Assembly: GCA_039714075.1 (NCBI GenBank)
Contig: JBDLKA010000006.1
Span: 1 to 64,000 of the forward strand
Length of the DNA stretch: 64,000 nt
Direction of reading: 5' to 3'
DNA from: Candidatus Krumholzibacteriota bacterium
Lineage (GTDB): Bacteria > Krumholzibacteriota > Krumholzibacteriia > LZORAL124-64-63
Positions 10,268 through 20,078 of the stretch are shown here, piece after piece. Under the pieces are notes generated by a model that saw only the letters and a program-made list of their open reading frames with translations, made no database searches and had not been told where the DNA came from. Positions within the stretch are counted from its first letter, which is position 1, and each line of letters begins with the position of its first letter. The position numbers were made by a program, and so were the translations under genes.

Positions 10268-13200
10268 TCAGCTCTTCTGGCCGATGAGCCGGAAGAACGC
10301 CCAATATGAGGGATGATTCCACTCCGCTCGGGCCGCCCGCAAATCCTGCTGGGCGGCCCGCAGGGCTTCGGCCTTGGACTTTCCGGCCAACCAATGTTCA
10401 TAGAACCGCTCGGCCATGAAAGCCGAAGCCTCGTCGTCCACCCAGTGCGTCGCGGCGATGACGGTGCGGGCGCCAGCCGCCAGGAAGGCCTCCGCGAATC
10501 CCGAAACACCGCTGCCGGTGGTGGACAGCCGGCGAGCTGCGTTGCAGCAGGACAGGTAGACCAGCTCCGCATTCAGGTCCAGGCGGCTGACGGCGGGAAT
10601 CGTCACTGGTGCAGCCGTATCCCCGGAGTAAAGCCGCAGAGTCGAACGGCGGGGCAGGCCCTGGTACACTTCGGCGTGGGAGGCCAGGTGGACGATTCCG
10701 AAATCCGCCAGACCACCGTCAACAATGCTGTTCCAGTCGGCGTCTTTTCCAACCCTGAGTTTCTTGTGAGAGCTGGGCCAGCCGGCATGGATATCCCAGG
10801 CCTCCTTTTCGGCATTCCGCAGACGGGGAAGGCCTCCAGCGCCGCCCTTCGCATCAGAAGCACTGTTGCACCCGATGGCCAACAGGGAGAGATCGCGGGG
10901 GTCGGTCTTGGTTGAACCGGGACGCTTGGGCGCCGAATATTCCAGGATGGGTCCGTGATCGACGAGTAGGCGACCGGACCCACGGACAAGGGAATCCGGA
11001 AGGGGCAGAGCGCTCCAGGGAACGTCGTGCAGCAAACCGTCGGAAACGATGGTCAGGGTCCGGTCCGGGTGCCAACCCCGCAGGGCGGACCCCAGAAGGA
11101 TTTCCGACAGCTGCGTGGCGGAGGATCGGTTGGTGGGCCGGCCCGCCAGGCTCAGGTCGGACAGAAGGGGCCGCAGCAGATGGAGCAGTTCCGGTTCCCC
11201 GGGCAGGGAATTGATTTGCGGACCATCCTTGTCGATGACCCAGGCCCACGAACGGTTGCTTCCAACCCGGAACACGAGCCAGGGTGCTTCGTCATCGGTG
11301 CTCGGCGCGCGGTCGGGGAAGATTCCGGTGAAGCGCAGGGTTTCCCTGCCCAATTCACCCTCGGGCAAAAGTTCGGGGTGGTCGAAGTATAATCCGATCA
11401 ACGAGGCGGCTGCTTCCCGGCCGACCCCGGAACGAAAGACCATCAACTCGTCGAATCCGACCGGGTTGGGAATGCCGGAGGCCATTTTGAACACTTCGAG
11501 GAGGATCATTTCCGCGGCGGCAAGTTCACCGGAAGCTGCGAGGGCCTGACCCTTGGCCAACATGAAGCGCATGACAAGGTCCGGGGGAGACGAGGGGTTG
11601 AATTGATCCAATCCCTGCTGAAGGACTTCCAGGGCTTCCTGGTTGCGGCCTTCCCGCTGGAAGGTGATTCCCAGCAGAAGCAGGCTTACCAGCCGGGTCC
11701 GATAGCGGGGGCCGAATGTCGAATCGGAATCGGCGGAACTGAAAAGGACGCGGGCCTCGGGAAATCGGCCGGTTTCCAGGTACAGGTGTCCCAACCTGAA
11801 GTGACTGCTTGCAACCAGGTCAGGGTCGGTTCCCCGGCGGGCTATTTCGACGCAGTCGGCAAAGGCCTCTTCGGCCTTCTGGTTGTCTCCACGCAGCAGG
11901 GCGAGATCACCTTGGCTGGAGGCCAGCTGCCACCTTCGACCCTCACCGCCGCTTCCTGTGACTTCCTGCTCGGCTTGAGCCAGGGCCTCGGCAGCCAAAA
12001 GGAATTCCCCCTGCCGGGCCAGCAGGTCTGCCGACAACAAATGGAAATCCGCCCGCAGATTCTGATCCAGTCCGGTGCTGTACAGGGAGTTCTCCAGCTC
12101 GTGCAAGCGGTCAAACCAGGCGTAGGCCAGATCCACGCGGCCCATCTCCAGGGCCTGGGGAATGAGCTTCAGAAGGATACCGCCCTCCTGGTTTTCGGTA
12201 CCTCCCGTTGAACTCAACCCCTTGGCCTGAACGAGCAGGGATTCGGCCAGGGCGTAGTTGCCAACCAGGCAGTGGTATTCGGCCATGAACTCATTCATTT
12301 TGGCCAGGTTTCGCTTGTCGGAAAACTGTCTCACGATGGTTTCGGCCCGGGTCAGGTAGGTGAAGTTGGAATCCAACTGGCCCATCATGCGGAAGTCGTG
12401 GGCCATGCTCACCAGATTGCGGGGAGCGTTGATCGAATCACCCATGGCGAAGGTCAAGGCCAGCAGGCGTCGGTCCAGCGGCAGGGCGCGTTCGTAATCA
12501 CCAACCCCCACCGCAATCTCCGCTGTCGTGTCCAGGCCCCATTGCACCAGCCAAAGGTGGTTGAGGCGTTCGGCCTCCTCGACCTGGGAATCCAGCTTGT
12601 CGATCGCGAATTGCACTTCACCCTGACGTCCTCTGATTACCGTGACCATCATCCTGGATTCGAGTTCGCCGTGCCGGTTGTTTCCCTGCCGTTCCAGGGC
12701 TGTCGCCATGGCCGCCGCGTAAAGTGCGTCGTTCTGGCGATCGATCCGCGACAGACGGTCGGAAATGATCCTCCAGATCCGGGCTTCGCAAGAGGGACCG
12801 CCGGCCTGTCGGGCCGCCGGAAGCCAATCCATGAGCCTGCGCACGGCCGCAATGGTGTTTCCTTTGAGGTGTTCCACCTTGGCGAGTTTGACGGTCAGCC
12901 ATATCTGACCGAGCGAGTCAAGATCGGCGATACCCTGCTCGGCCTTGCGGTACATCCGACCCCGGTCTGTTTTCCCGTACCGGATCCTGCCCGCGAAATA
13001 GGCCCCTATGGTGGTATTGGTGTCGTTCAAGACAGGCGTGGCGCTCATCCGGGCTAGTTCCTCGTCCCGGTGCAAAAGGAAATTCCCGTTTACCGCCAGC
13101 TCGATCCAATACAGGTTTTCGGGTTCGGCCCGCCATAGGGCATATATCTCGTCTCCGGCCTGGTCGCGGGCCTCCAGGGGTCTGAAGCGCCGGTTGAGAT

Positions 13201-13420
13201 CCTCGAATTTCTGATAATCATTGATGATGTTGCCTGCGGACACGGGCTCCTGGAGATTGGCGAGGCTGAGGGCCAGTGCGGGTGCCAGATCCTCGGACAG
13301 CGGGATGTTGGAAAGATCATGGATTCCCTCGTACCACGCGGGTTTCTTATCCCCGCAACCCGGGACAAAAAAAAGAAGAACAAGACAGAAGATCGATATC
13401 CGCGTCCAAACGATATTCAC
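10268..13420 (-). CDS. TPR-CHAT (caspase-like) protease with predicted lipoprotein signal
   Basis: GTG start after GGAGGGG; LLFFVPGC lipobox; TPR-like repeats; DGLLHDVPW, HLASH, LSCC, AFLAAGA, ALRAAQ, HPSYWAFF. Confidence 0.9.
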   Translation of the reverse strand: MNIVWTRISIFCLVLLFFVPGCGDKKPAWYEGIHDLSNIPLSEDLAPALALSLANLQEPVSAGNIINDYQKFEDLNRRFRPLEARDQAGDEIYALWRAEPENLYWIELAVNGNFLLHRDEELARMSATPVLNDTNTTIGAYFAGRIRYGKTDRGRMYRKAEQGIADLDSLGQIWLTVKLAKVEHLKGNTIAAVRRLMDWLPAARQAGGPSCEARIWRIISDRLSRIDRQNDALYAAAMATALERQGNNRHGELESRMMVTVIRGRQGEVQFAIDKLDSQVEEAERLNHLWLVQWGLDTTAEIAVGVGDYERALPLDRRLLALTFAMGDSINAPRNLVSMAHDFRMMGQLDSNFTYLTRAETIVRQFSDKRNLAKMNEFMAEYHCLVGNYALAESLLVQAKGLSSTGGTENQEGGILLKLIPQALEMGRVDLAYAWFDRLHELENSLYSTGLDQNLRADFHLLSADLLARQGEFLLAAEALAQAEQEVTGSGGEGRRWQLASSQGDLALLRGDNQKAEEAFADCVEIARRGTDPDLVASSHFRLGHLYLETGRFPEARVLFSSADSDSTFGPRYRTRLVSLLLLGITFQREGRNQEALEVLQQGLDQFNPSSPPDLVMRFMLAKGQALAASGELAAAEMILLEVFKMASGIPNPVGFDELMVFRSGVGREAAASLIGLYFDHPELLPEGELGRETLRFTGIFPDRAPSTDDEAPWLVFRVGSNRSWAWVIDKDGPQINSLPGEPELLHLLRPLLSDLSLAGRPTNRSSATQLSEILLGSALRGWHPDRTLTIVSDGLLHDVPWSALPLPDSLVRGSGRLLVDHGPILEYSAPKRPGSTKTDPRDLSLLAIGCNSASDAKGGAGGLPRLRNAEKEAWDIHAGWPSSHKKLRVGKDADWNSIVDGGLADFGIVHLASHAEVYQGLPRRSTLRLYSGDTAAPVTIPAVSRLDLNAELVYLSCCNAARRLSTTGSGVSGFAEAFLAAGARTVIAATHWVDDEASAFMAERFYEHWLAGKSKAEALRAAQQDLRAARAEWNHPSYWAFFRLIGQKS

Positions 13421-13571
13421 GAAAATCCCCTCCGGTATCCGTTTGAAAAAACGGCAGATGCCGTTGCCCGCCATGGACAACCACATCCGTCCCAAGTATG
13501 ATTACCTGCATAAGATCGGATGTTCCACAGGCAAGTTCACTACCCCCGAAAACCCAAGGCCAGCTCAGGTA

Positions 13572-14234
13572 ATGATCAATAGCCAGGAATTCGACCGGGA
13601 CCATCCACCCGAAATCTGGAAACCGTTGATCCCCGGCCACCTGGCTGGAGACGCCTCCGCCACCGACAATTTGGCCCGCCTCCTGGAAAAACCCGCCCGG
13701 TATGCATCCACGGTATTTCTCGGCACCGACGACTCCGATCTGGATGACATCGTAACGGAATCGGTCCTGGCCGTCCTGCAGTACATTTTGCGAAGAGAAC
13801 AATTCGAAGGGGATATTTTCAAGTTCACGGTTACGGTCGCCCGTAACCGGTGCCGAAATCTTTTCCTCAGCAGGAAGAGAAATCAGCAGGTTTCCGTCGA
13901 ACTCGTGCAGGAACAGATTTCAAGCAATGAACCCAGCCCGCTGGACAGGCTGCTGAAAAAGGAACAGAACAAATTGCTGCAGGCGGCTTTGGCTGAAATT
14001 TCCCGGGAATGCGAAGAACTGTTGCGCTCGTTCTACATCGAGGGCGACAGTATGGAGGATATTCGCATCCGGCAGGGGCTGGACACCGTCCAGGGCGTCT
14101 ATTACCGGCGTTCCATCTGCCTGGGAAAGGTATTTCGTCTCTTGAATAAGCGATGGGCCGGTTGTTCGTATGAACGGAGGGCCGGCCTTGGACGGGATTT
14201 GCCATCGCCTGAAGGAGAGGAAACCCTTGACTGA
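13572..14234 (+). CDS. ECF RNA polymerase sigma factor
   Basis: DDIVTESVL, VARNRCRN (region 2); ALAEISRECEELLRSFYIEG...EDI (region 4). Confidence 0.85.
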   Translation: MINSQEFDRDHPPEIWKPLIPGHLAGDASATDNLARLLEKPARYASTVFLGTDDSDLDDIVTESVLAVLQYILRREQFEGDIFKFTVTVARNRCRNLFLSRKRNQQVSVELVQEQISSNEPSPLDRLLKKEQNKLLQAALAEISRECEELLRSFYIEGDSMEDIRIRQGLDTVQGVYYRRSICLGKVFRLLNKRWAGCSYERRAGLGRDLPSPEGEETLD

Positions 14235-15012
14235 CGTGCCATGGCAAGATGAAGGGTACGAGTGCCTGGAACCGGAGATCGGGAAAAATCTCTGGCGACT
14301 GGACCTTCCTGAATTGGCCGCGGACGAACGCCGTTTGCTGGCGGACCATGTTGGAATCTGCGATGCCTGCAGATTGCAGAGAGACCTGGAAAGCAAGATC
14401 GGCCGGGGACTCGCGGACGGATCGTTGCTTCTTCCGGCGGATCTGGCGGGTTGCACCGCACCTTCCCGGGGTTCGGGGTGGATGTCCGGTTGGCGTTCCC
14501 TCGGGTCGGTGGGAGCAGTTGCGGTGGCGGCAAGCCTGGCCCTCGCCTTCATCCTGCCGCCGGTTCCCCGTGACCAGGGCCTGGTTTCCAGATCCGGTGC
14601 CGAGCCGGGTTTCATCAGGCCCGTCGAGGGTGAAGTGGTTTCACCCAAGCCCTTGAGGATCATCTGGGATTCCATACCCGGGGCGACAAGTTACGAACTG
14701 TGGGTCGAGGATTTGGACCGCAAATTCCAATGGCGAGCAGAAACCCACGATAATTTCCTGACCATGCCGGCGGATATTCGTATCCCGAATCCGGCCGATT
14801 TCCGCATCATGCTGACACCGGTGCCCGGGGACCTGGCCCCACCGGGGGGAGTGAATGTTTCGTTCAGGACGGCGGGTTTCGGGGATTTTGTTCGATACCG
14901 TCTGACGGCGGCGGCCAGGCCGCCACGGCTGTTGTTTATTGGCGGGCTGGCTGCGGTGCTGGGCTCGGTAATCGGCCTGGTACGTCGAAAATCCCGGAAA
15001 ATACCGGTCTGA
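14227..15012 (+). CDS. putative zinc-binding anti-sigma factor
   Basis: HxxxCxxC (DHVGICDAC), TM helix, FN3/Ig-like WDSIPGATSYELWV, second C-terminal TM and basic tail; TTG start overlaps the end of the sigma gene. Confidence 0.75.
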   Translation: MTDVPWQDEGYECLEPEIGKNLWRLDLPELAADERRLLADHVGICDACRLQRDLESKIGRGLADGSLLLPADLAGCTAPSRGSGWMSGWRSLGSVGAVAVAASLALAFILPPVPRDQGLVSRSGAEPGFIRPVEGEVVSPKPLRIIWDSIPGATSYELWVEDLDRKFQWRAETHDNFLTMPADIRIPNPADFRIMLTPVPGDLAPPGGVNVSFRTAGFGDFVRYRLTAAARPPRLLFIGGLAAVLGSVIGLVRRKSRKIPV

Positions 15013-15254
15013 CCGGAAACGGCAATCCCGGAGCTCGGGAACCCCTCTTGACTCAATTTTCTTCGGTTTCCGACAAACGGATTTTTGTCCTCCTTGCCTT
15101 GAAACAGTGGTTGCCATTGCCCGGTGTGGATATATTCTTCGCGAACAGAACGGGATCCGCCGATTGAGCTGTCGCCGGGAGGCGGGGATTTGCGGTCGTA
15201 TATCCTATTCTCGTGAACGAATAATTTTCCCGCACAACGCGAAACGAGGAATCC

Positions 15255-17123
15255 ATGCCCGCGCCCAGATCTCCCTTCCACCTGTCCCTGTCCCGTTCCA
15301 AAGCCCTTTCGACCCAGGGCGAAGGCGGTTCCCCCGTCGAGCGGTCCGAAATCGACGACCGCTTCAAGTGGAAGCTGGAACTGATATTCCCCGACTGGGA
15401 AACCTGGGAGACTTCTTTCGCTGAAATCGAAGCTGCCCTGCCGGGTCTGGCAGGTCGCCAGGGCTCACTGGCCGCTTCGGGCAACGGGCTGCTGGAGACC
15501 ATCGAGGCGATTCACGACACCCAGCGGCTGCTGGAGAAAACCTACGTCTACGCGGGCATGAAAAGCGACGAGGACACCCGCATCGGCGAGAACACCGCGC
15601 GCAAGGGACGTATCTCAAGTCTGGCGGTGCGCGTGTCCGAGGCGGTCAGCTGGTTCGAGGCCGAGGTCCTGGAAATCGCCCCCGACCGTCTGGCCGAACT
15701 GGTGGCCGCAGAGCCGGGGCTGGAATTGTACGAACATTTTTTCCACAACATCCACCGGGCCCGCGAACACACCCTGTCCGCCGAACGGGAGGCGCTGCTG
15801 GCGGGAGCCGGCCTGATGGCCCGCGGCGCAAGCCAGGTTTTCAACGCCTTCGACAATGCCGATCTCGAATTCGCCCCGGTCGAGGATGAAGAGGGCAAAA
15901 CCGTGGCCCTGACGAAGGCCCGCTACTACAAATTCCTCAAGTCAGAGGACCGCCGCCTGCGCGAGGACTGCTTCAACAACTTCCTGGACGCCTACGGCGC
16001 CATGAAAAACACCCTGGCCGCCAACATGGACGCCAACGTCAAAAACCATGTGTTCTACGCGGGTGCCCGGAACCATGAAGGCACCCTGGAGGCGGCGCTG
16101 CATCCGGACGGCGTGCCGCCGGAGGTGTTCCATTCCCTGATCGACACGGTTACCGCCAACATCGACACCATCCATCGGTACACGGCCCTGAAAAAGAAGG
16201 TGCTCGGTCTGGATCCGCTCCGGGAATTCGATCTGTCCGTCCCCTTGTTCGCCAAGGGCAAGTTCGAGTTCTCCTATGACGAAGCCTGCCCCATGCTGCT
16301 GGACGCCTTCGCGCCCCTGGGTCCGGATTACACGGCCACGGTCAAGGGCGGCATCGAGGGCGGCTGGATCGACGTGCACGAAAACGCGGGCAAGCGCAGC
16401 GGCGGTTATTCCAACGGCGTCTACGACACGCCGCCGTTCATCCTGTTGAACTGGGCCGACGAGCTGGGCGACACCTTCACCCTGGCTCACGAACTGGGCC
16501 ACTCCATGCATTCCTGGCTGTCGGTGCAAGGGCAACCCTACGTCTACGGCGACTATCCCATCTTCACCGCCGAGGTCGCCTCGACCTTCAACGAACTGCT
16601 GGTGATGGACCACCTGCTGAAAACGGGCGACGACCGGCAGCGCAAGCTCTACCTGCTGGACTACCACCTGTCCCAGATCAACAACACCGTGTTCCGGCAG
16701 ACCATGTTCGCGGAATTCGAACACCGCATCCACCAGCTGGGCGAGGAAGGACAGACCCTGACCGCGGATTCGCTGGGCGAGATGTACCAGGAGCTTCTGG
16801 CCAAGTACTGGGGCCCCGCGGTGGCGTTCGACCCGGCGCGCAGTCCGCTGACCTGGTGCCGCATTCCCCATTTTTTCTACAACTATTATGTTTACCAGTA
16901 CGCCACGGCCTATTCGGCGGCGGTGGCGTTGTCGCGTAAGGTGCTGGGCGGAGACGGGAAAGATCGGGAACAATACCTGGACATCCTGCGTTCCGGAAGC
17001 AGCAGATATCCCGTGGACACCATCAAGCTCGGCGGGGTGGACATGACGACGTCCCGCCCCATGGAAGACGTCATCGCCCTTTTCGGATCGCTCATCGACC
17101 AGACGGAAGAGCTATTGGACTGA
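15255..17123 (+). CDS. pepF: oligoendopeptidase F (M3B)
   Basis: GKRSGGYS, TLAHELGHSMHS, FTAEVASTFNE, RIPHFFYNYYVYQYAT. Confidence 0.96.
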   Translation: MPAPRSPFHLSLSRSKALSTQGEGGSPVERSEIDDRFKWKLELIFPDWETWETSFAEIEAALPGLAGRQGSLAASGNGLLETIEAIHDTQRLLEKTYVYAGMKSDEDTRIGENTARKGRISSLAVRVSEAVSWFEAEVLEIAPDRLAELVAAEPGLELYEHFFHNIHRAREHTLSAEREALLAGAGLMARGASQVFNAFDNADLEFAPVEDEEGKTVALTKARYYKFLKSEDRRLREDCFNNFLDAYGAMKNTLAANMDANVKNHVFYAGARNHEGTLEAALHPDGVPPEVFHSLIDTVTANIDTIHRYTALKKKVLGLDPLREFDLSVPLFAKGKFEFSYDEACPMLLDAFAPLGPDYTATVKGGIEGGWIDVHENAGKRSGGYSNGVYDTPPFILLNWADELGDTFTLAHELGHSMHSWLSVQGQPYVYGDYPIFTAEVASTFNELLVMDHLLKTGDDRQRKLYLLDYHLSQINNTVFRQTMFAEFEHRIHQLGEEGQTLTADSLGEMYQELLAKYWGPAVAFDPARSPLTWCRIPHFFYNYYVYQYATAYSAAVALSRKVLGGDGKDREQYLDILRSGSSRYPVDTIKLGGVDMTTSRPMEDVIALFGSLIDQTEELLD

Positions 17124-17125
17124 TC

Positions 17126-17782
17126 ATGCGTTATTCAAGAACATTTGTGCTGACGGCCGTGGTGCTGCTGTTTTCCGCCACCATCGTTGCGGGTGGCGTC
17201 TCGGACCCGGTCAGGGACAGGGAAAAGAGCGCCGGCGGGATCTCGCCCGATGACATTCCGGAGAACCTTTCGGTCAAGCCGGTGGATTTCACCAGCGAGA
17301 ACGGGGATTTCAAGATCACGTTCCCGGGGGGCTGCGGCAAACTGGTGACGCGTTCCAATGAACCGGACCTTTTCGGAGGCGAGGAGTGGGACGACATCAT
17401 CCAGGTCACCTATGTCTTTTGCGACCGGTACCAGACAGAGGGCGAGGGCTGCTCGATAAGGGCCACCTTCAATCTTCACGACCAGGACGGGGGGATGGCC
17501 GGTCCGCAACACGTCGTCACCGGGGTCGAAGAATACCTGAAACACTTCCAGGCGAAAATCGTCAGGCAGAAGGCCGTCAGGCGGGAATTCGAGAACGGGA
17601 TCGTGGCCGAGGGCGTCGAAATCCACGCAAAACCCGCGGACGGTCCGGGGGAAGTCTGGCTGCGGGGATTGCTTGTCGAGGGTGACATCTACGTGCTGGC
17701 CGCCTGGAACCACCAGGGCGGCCTTTGGAACAATCCGGACTACATGGCGTTTTTCAATTCCTTCCAGCCCTGGACCGAATGA
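17126..17782 (+). CDS. exported hypothetical protein
   Basis: Signal peptide; starts 2 nt after the pepF stop; ends FFNSF. Confidence 0.7.
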   Translation: MRYSRTFVLTAVVLLFSATIVAGGVSDPVRDREKSAGGISPDDIPENLSVKPVDFTSENGDFKITFPGGCGKLVTRSNEPDLFGGEEWDDIIQVTYVFCDRYQTEGEGCSIRATFNLHDQDGGMAGPQHVVTGVEEYLKHFQAKIVRQKAVRREFENGIVAEGVEIHAKPADGPGEVWLRGLLVEGDIYVLAAWNHQGGLWNNPDYMAFFNSFQPWTE

Positions 17783-17913
17783 CCGCCAAGCCGTTTTTTG
17801 CCTGCAAGCTCCTCCCAAAACCGTATAATGTCGTTTCGAGTGTCCGCGCCGGGATATTTCCCCCGGCCGGTCGGCGCTTGATCCAAACTGATCATCACGA
17901 GTAAAGGAATGTC

Positions 17914-18681
17914 ATGGGGTTTCGTTTTATGGTTTTGGGCCTGCTGTTGATCCTTGCGGGGGGCGGGGCGGCTGTCACCTTTGCCCAGACCACGGATGAA
18001 CAGGCCCGCGAGGATACCGAACAGGCCATCGACACGCGCCGGGATACCCAGCGGCGGCAGGACGAGTGGTCGGAGGAAAAAGCCGATCTGGTGCGCCGGT
18101 ACCGGTCCGCCAACGCCAACGTGACATGGCTTCGGGAGCGCAAAGAGGAAGAAACCGCCCAGGCCCAGGCCCTGGACGACAGGGTGGCCGAGCTGCAGAG
18201 GCGCCTTGGTGAGGCCGACCGCCTGGAAGGCAGCATGCAGGACACCCTGATGGTGATCTTCCACCGTCTGGAGGATGCGGTCGCCGCCGGCCTGCCCTTC
18301 CTGCCCCAGGAGCGCCGGCTGCGTCTGGCCTCGGTACAGGACGAACTCCTGCGCCCGGACGTGACCTCGGCCGAAAAGCTCCGCCGCCTGCTGGAGGCCC
18401 TGCAGGTCGAGGCCGGATACGCCTCCACCGTCGAGGTCTACCAGGACAAACTGGAGGTGGCTGGTGAGGAGATCCACGCCGACGTGCTGCGCATCGGCCG
18501 GGTGACCCTTTTTTGGCGCACGCCGGACGGTGAGAGGGTGGGCGGTTTCGACCAGGCCGCGGGCCGGTGGACCGAGCTGGAGGGCTCGTCGAAACGCCGC
18601 ATCGGCCTGGCCATGGAGATGGCCGCCAGAATGCGGCCGGTCGAGCTGATCGATCTTCCCCTGGGGAGGATCGGCCGATGA
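17914..18681 (+). CDS. DUF3450-family protein (TtpB-like)
   Basis: Signal peptide, coiled coil, LPFLPQERRLR, EKLRRLLEALQVE, LRIGRV. Confidence 0.88.
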   Translation: MGFRFMVLGLLLILAGGGAAVTFAQTTDEQAREDTEQAIDTRRDTQRRQDEWSEEKADLVRRYRSANANVTWLRERKEEETAQAQALDDRVAELQRRLGEADRLEGSMQDTLMVIFHRLEDAVAAGLPFLPQERRLRLASVQDELLRPDVTSAEKLRRLLEALQVEAGYASTVEVYQDKLEVAGEEIHADVLRIGRVTLFWRTPDGERVGGFDQAAGRWTELEGSSKRRIGLAMEMAARMRPVELIDLPLGRIGR

Positions 18682-20078
18682 AAACCCTGTACTACCTGCT
18701 GATGTTGATCGTTTTGGCGGCCCCGGCCGCCGGCCAGGATATCCGCGAAGCGGCCCGCCAGGCCGCCGCCGACCGCGCCGCCGCCCGGGAAGAAGCCCGG
18801 CAGGCCGAAGAAGCCATCCTGGCGGACCGGGAAAAACTGCTGGCCGAGGTTTTGCGGCTGGAACAGGAACAGGCCGCCCTGGAACAGGACCTGCGGGATC
18901 TGGAGGCGCGCCAGGCCGCCGCGCGGTTGCAAAGGGAAGACCTGGCCGAAAAGTGGTCCGGCCGCGAGCTGGGCTTCAGGGAAATCTCCGGTAACGTGCG
19001 GGTGGCGGCCCGCGACCTGGAATCGATGTTGAAGGCCTCACCCCTGAGTGCCGGGACGCCGTGGCGCCTGGAAACCATCAGCCCGCTTCTGGACAAGGGA
19101 TACTTCCCCGACATCGACGACATCGCCGGCATGGCCGACGTGTTTTTCGACGAGATTGACCGGGGCGGACAGGTCAGCCTGCAGGAAGGCGCCTTTGTCG
19201 GGCGGGACGGCAGGCAGACCGAGGGACGAATTTTCCAGCTGGGCAAGTTCACCACCGTCTACCAGGATGCCGACGAGACGGGATTCCTGGTCTGGTCGCC
19301 CGAAGGCCAGCGGCTTTTCGCTCTGTCCGAACTGCCGCCGCGCGGGGTGCGCCGTTCCCTGGACAAATATCTGGCCGGCGATTCGGATCTCGTTCCGCTG
19401 GACATGAGCGGCGGCGCGGCCCTGCGCCAGATCACCCAGGGCACCGATTTCCTGGAACAGATACGGCAGGGCGGACCCATCATCTGGCCGATTTTCCTGA
19501 TAGCGCTGGCCGCCCTGGTGATCGTCGTCATCAAGATCATCTATCTGAACCGCATGCACGGCAATACCGACCGCATCATGGGCGAGGTCAACGATCTGGC
19601 GGCCCGGGGCGATTGGGACGCGTGCGAAAAGATCGTCGCCGGACACCAGGGCAAGAACTGGCCGGTGGTCCGCGTGATCCGGGCGGGGTTGGAAGCCCGC
19701 GACGATACGCGGGAAACCCTGGAAAGCGTTCTGCAGGAAGCGATCCTGCACGAACTGCCCCAGGTCCAGAAGGGAATCGCCATGCTGGCCGTACTCGGTG
19801 CGGTAGCGCCTCTGCTGGGACTGCTGGGCACGGTGACCGGCATGATCGACACCTTCCGCGTCATCACCCTGTTCGGCACCAGCGATCCCAAGCTCATGTC
19901 CGGCGGCATCAGCGAAGCCCTGGTGACGACCGAACTGGGCCTGGCCGTTGCCATTCCCATCATGCTGTTGCACACCTACCTGTCGCGGAAGGCGGATCAT
20001 CTGGTGGGCGACATGGAAGCCAAGGCCGTGCAGATGACCAACATCATCGACAAGCGGAAGATCGCGGGGGCGTCATGA
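18678..20078 (+). CDS. long MotA/TolQ/ExbB proton-channel protein (TtpC-like)
   Basis: Signal peptide, periplasmic domain, then APLLGLLGTVTGMIDTF, GGISEALVTTELGL. Confidence 0.92.
   Translation: MKTLYYLLMLIVLAAPAAGQDIREAARQAAADRAAAREEARQAEEAILADREKLLAEVLRLEQEQAALEQDLRDLEARQAAARLQREDLAEKWSGRELGFREISGNVRVAARDLESMLKASPLSAGTPWRLETISPLLDKGYFPDIDDIAGMADVFFDEIDRGGQVSLQEGAFVGRDGRQTEGRIFQLGKFTTVYQDADETGFLVWSPEGQRLFALSELPPRGVRRSLDKYLAGDSDLVPLDMSGGAALRQITQGTDFLEQIRQGGPIIWPIFLIALAALVIVVIKIIYLNRMHGNTDRIMGEVNDLAARGDWDACEKIVAGHQGKNWPVVRVIRAGLEARDDTRETLESVLQEAILHELPQVQKGIAMLAVLGAVAPLLGLLGTVTGMIDTFRVITLFGTSDPKLMSGGISEALVTTELGLAVAIPIMLLHTYLSRKADHLVGDMEAKAVQMTNIIDKRKIAGAS

Noticed and set aside
10268..13420. 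CHAT protease as an anti-phage (gasdermin or type III-E CRISPR) system
   Set aside because: No gasdermin, Cas genes or array in the window; the export signal and ECF context favour signalling
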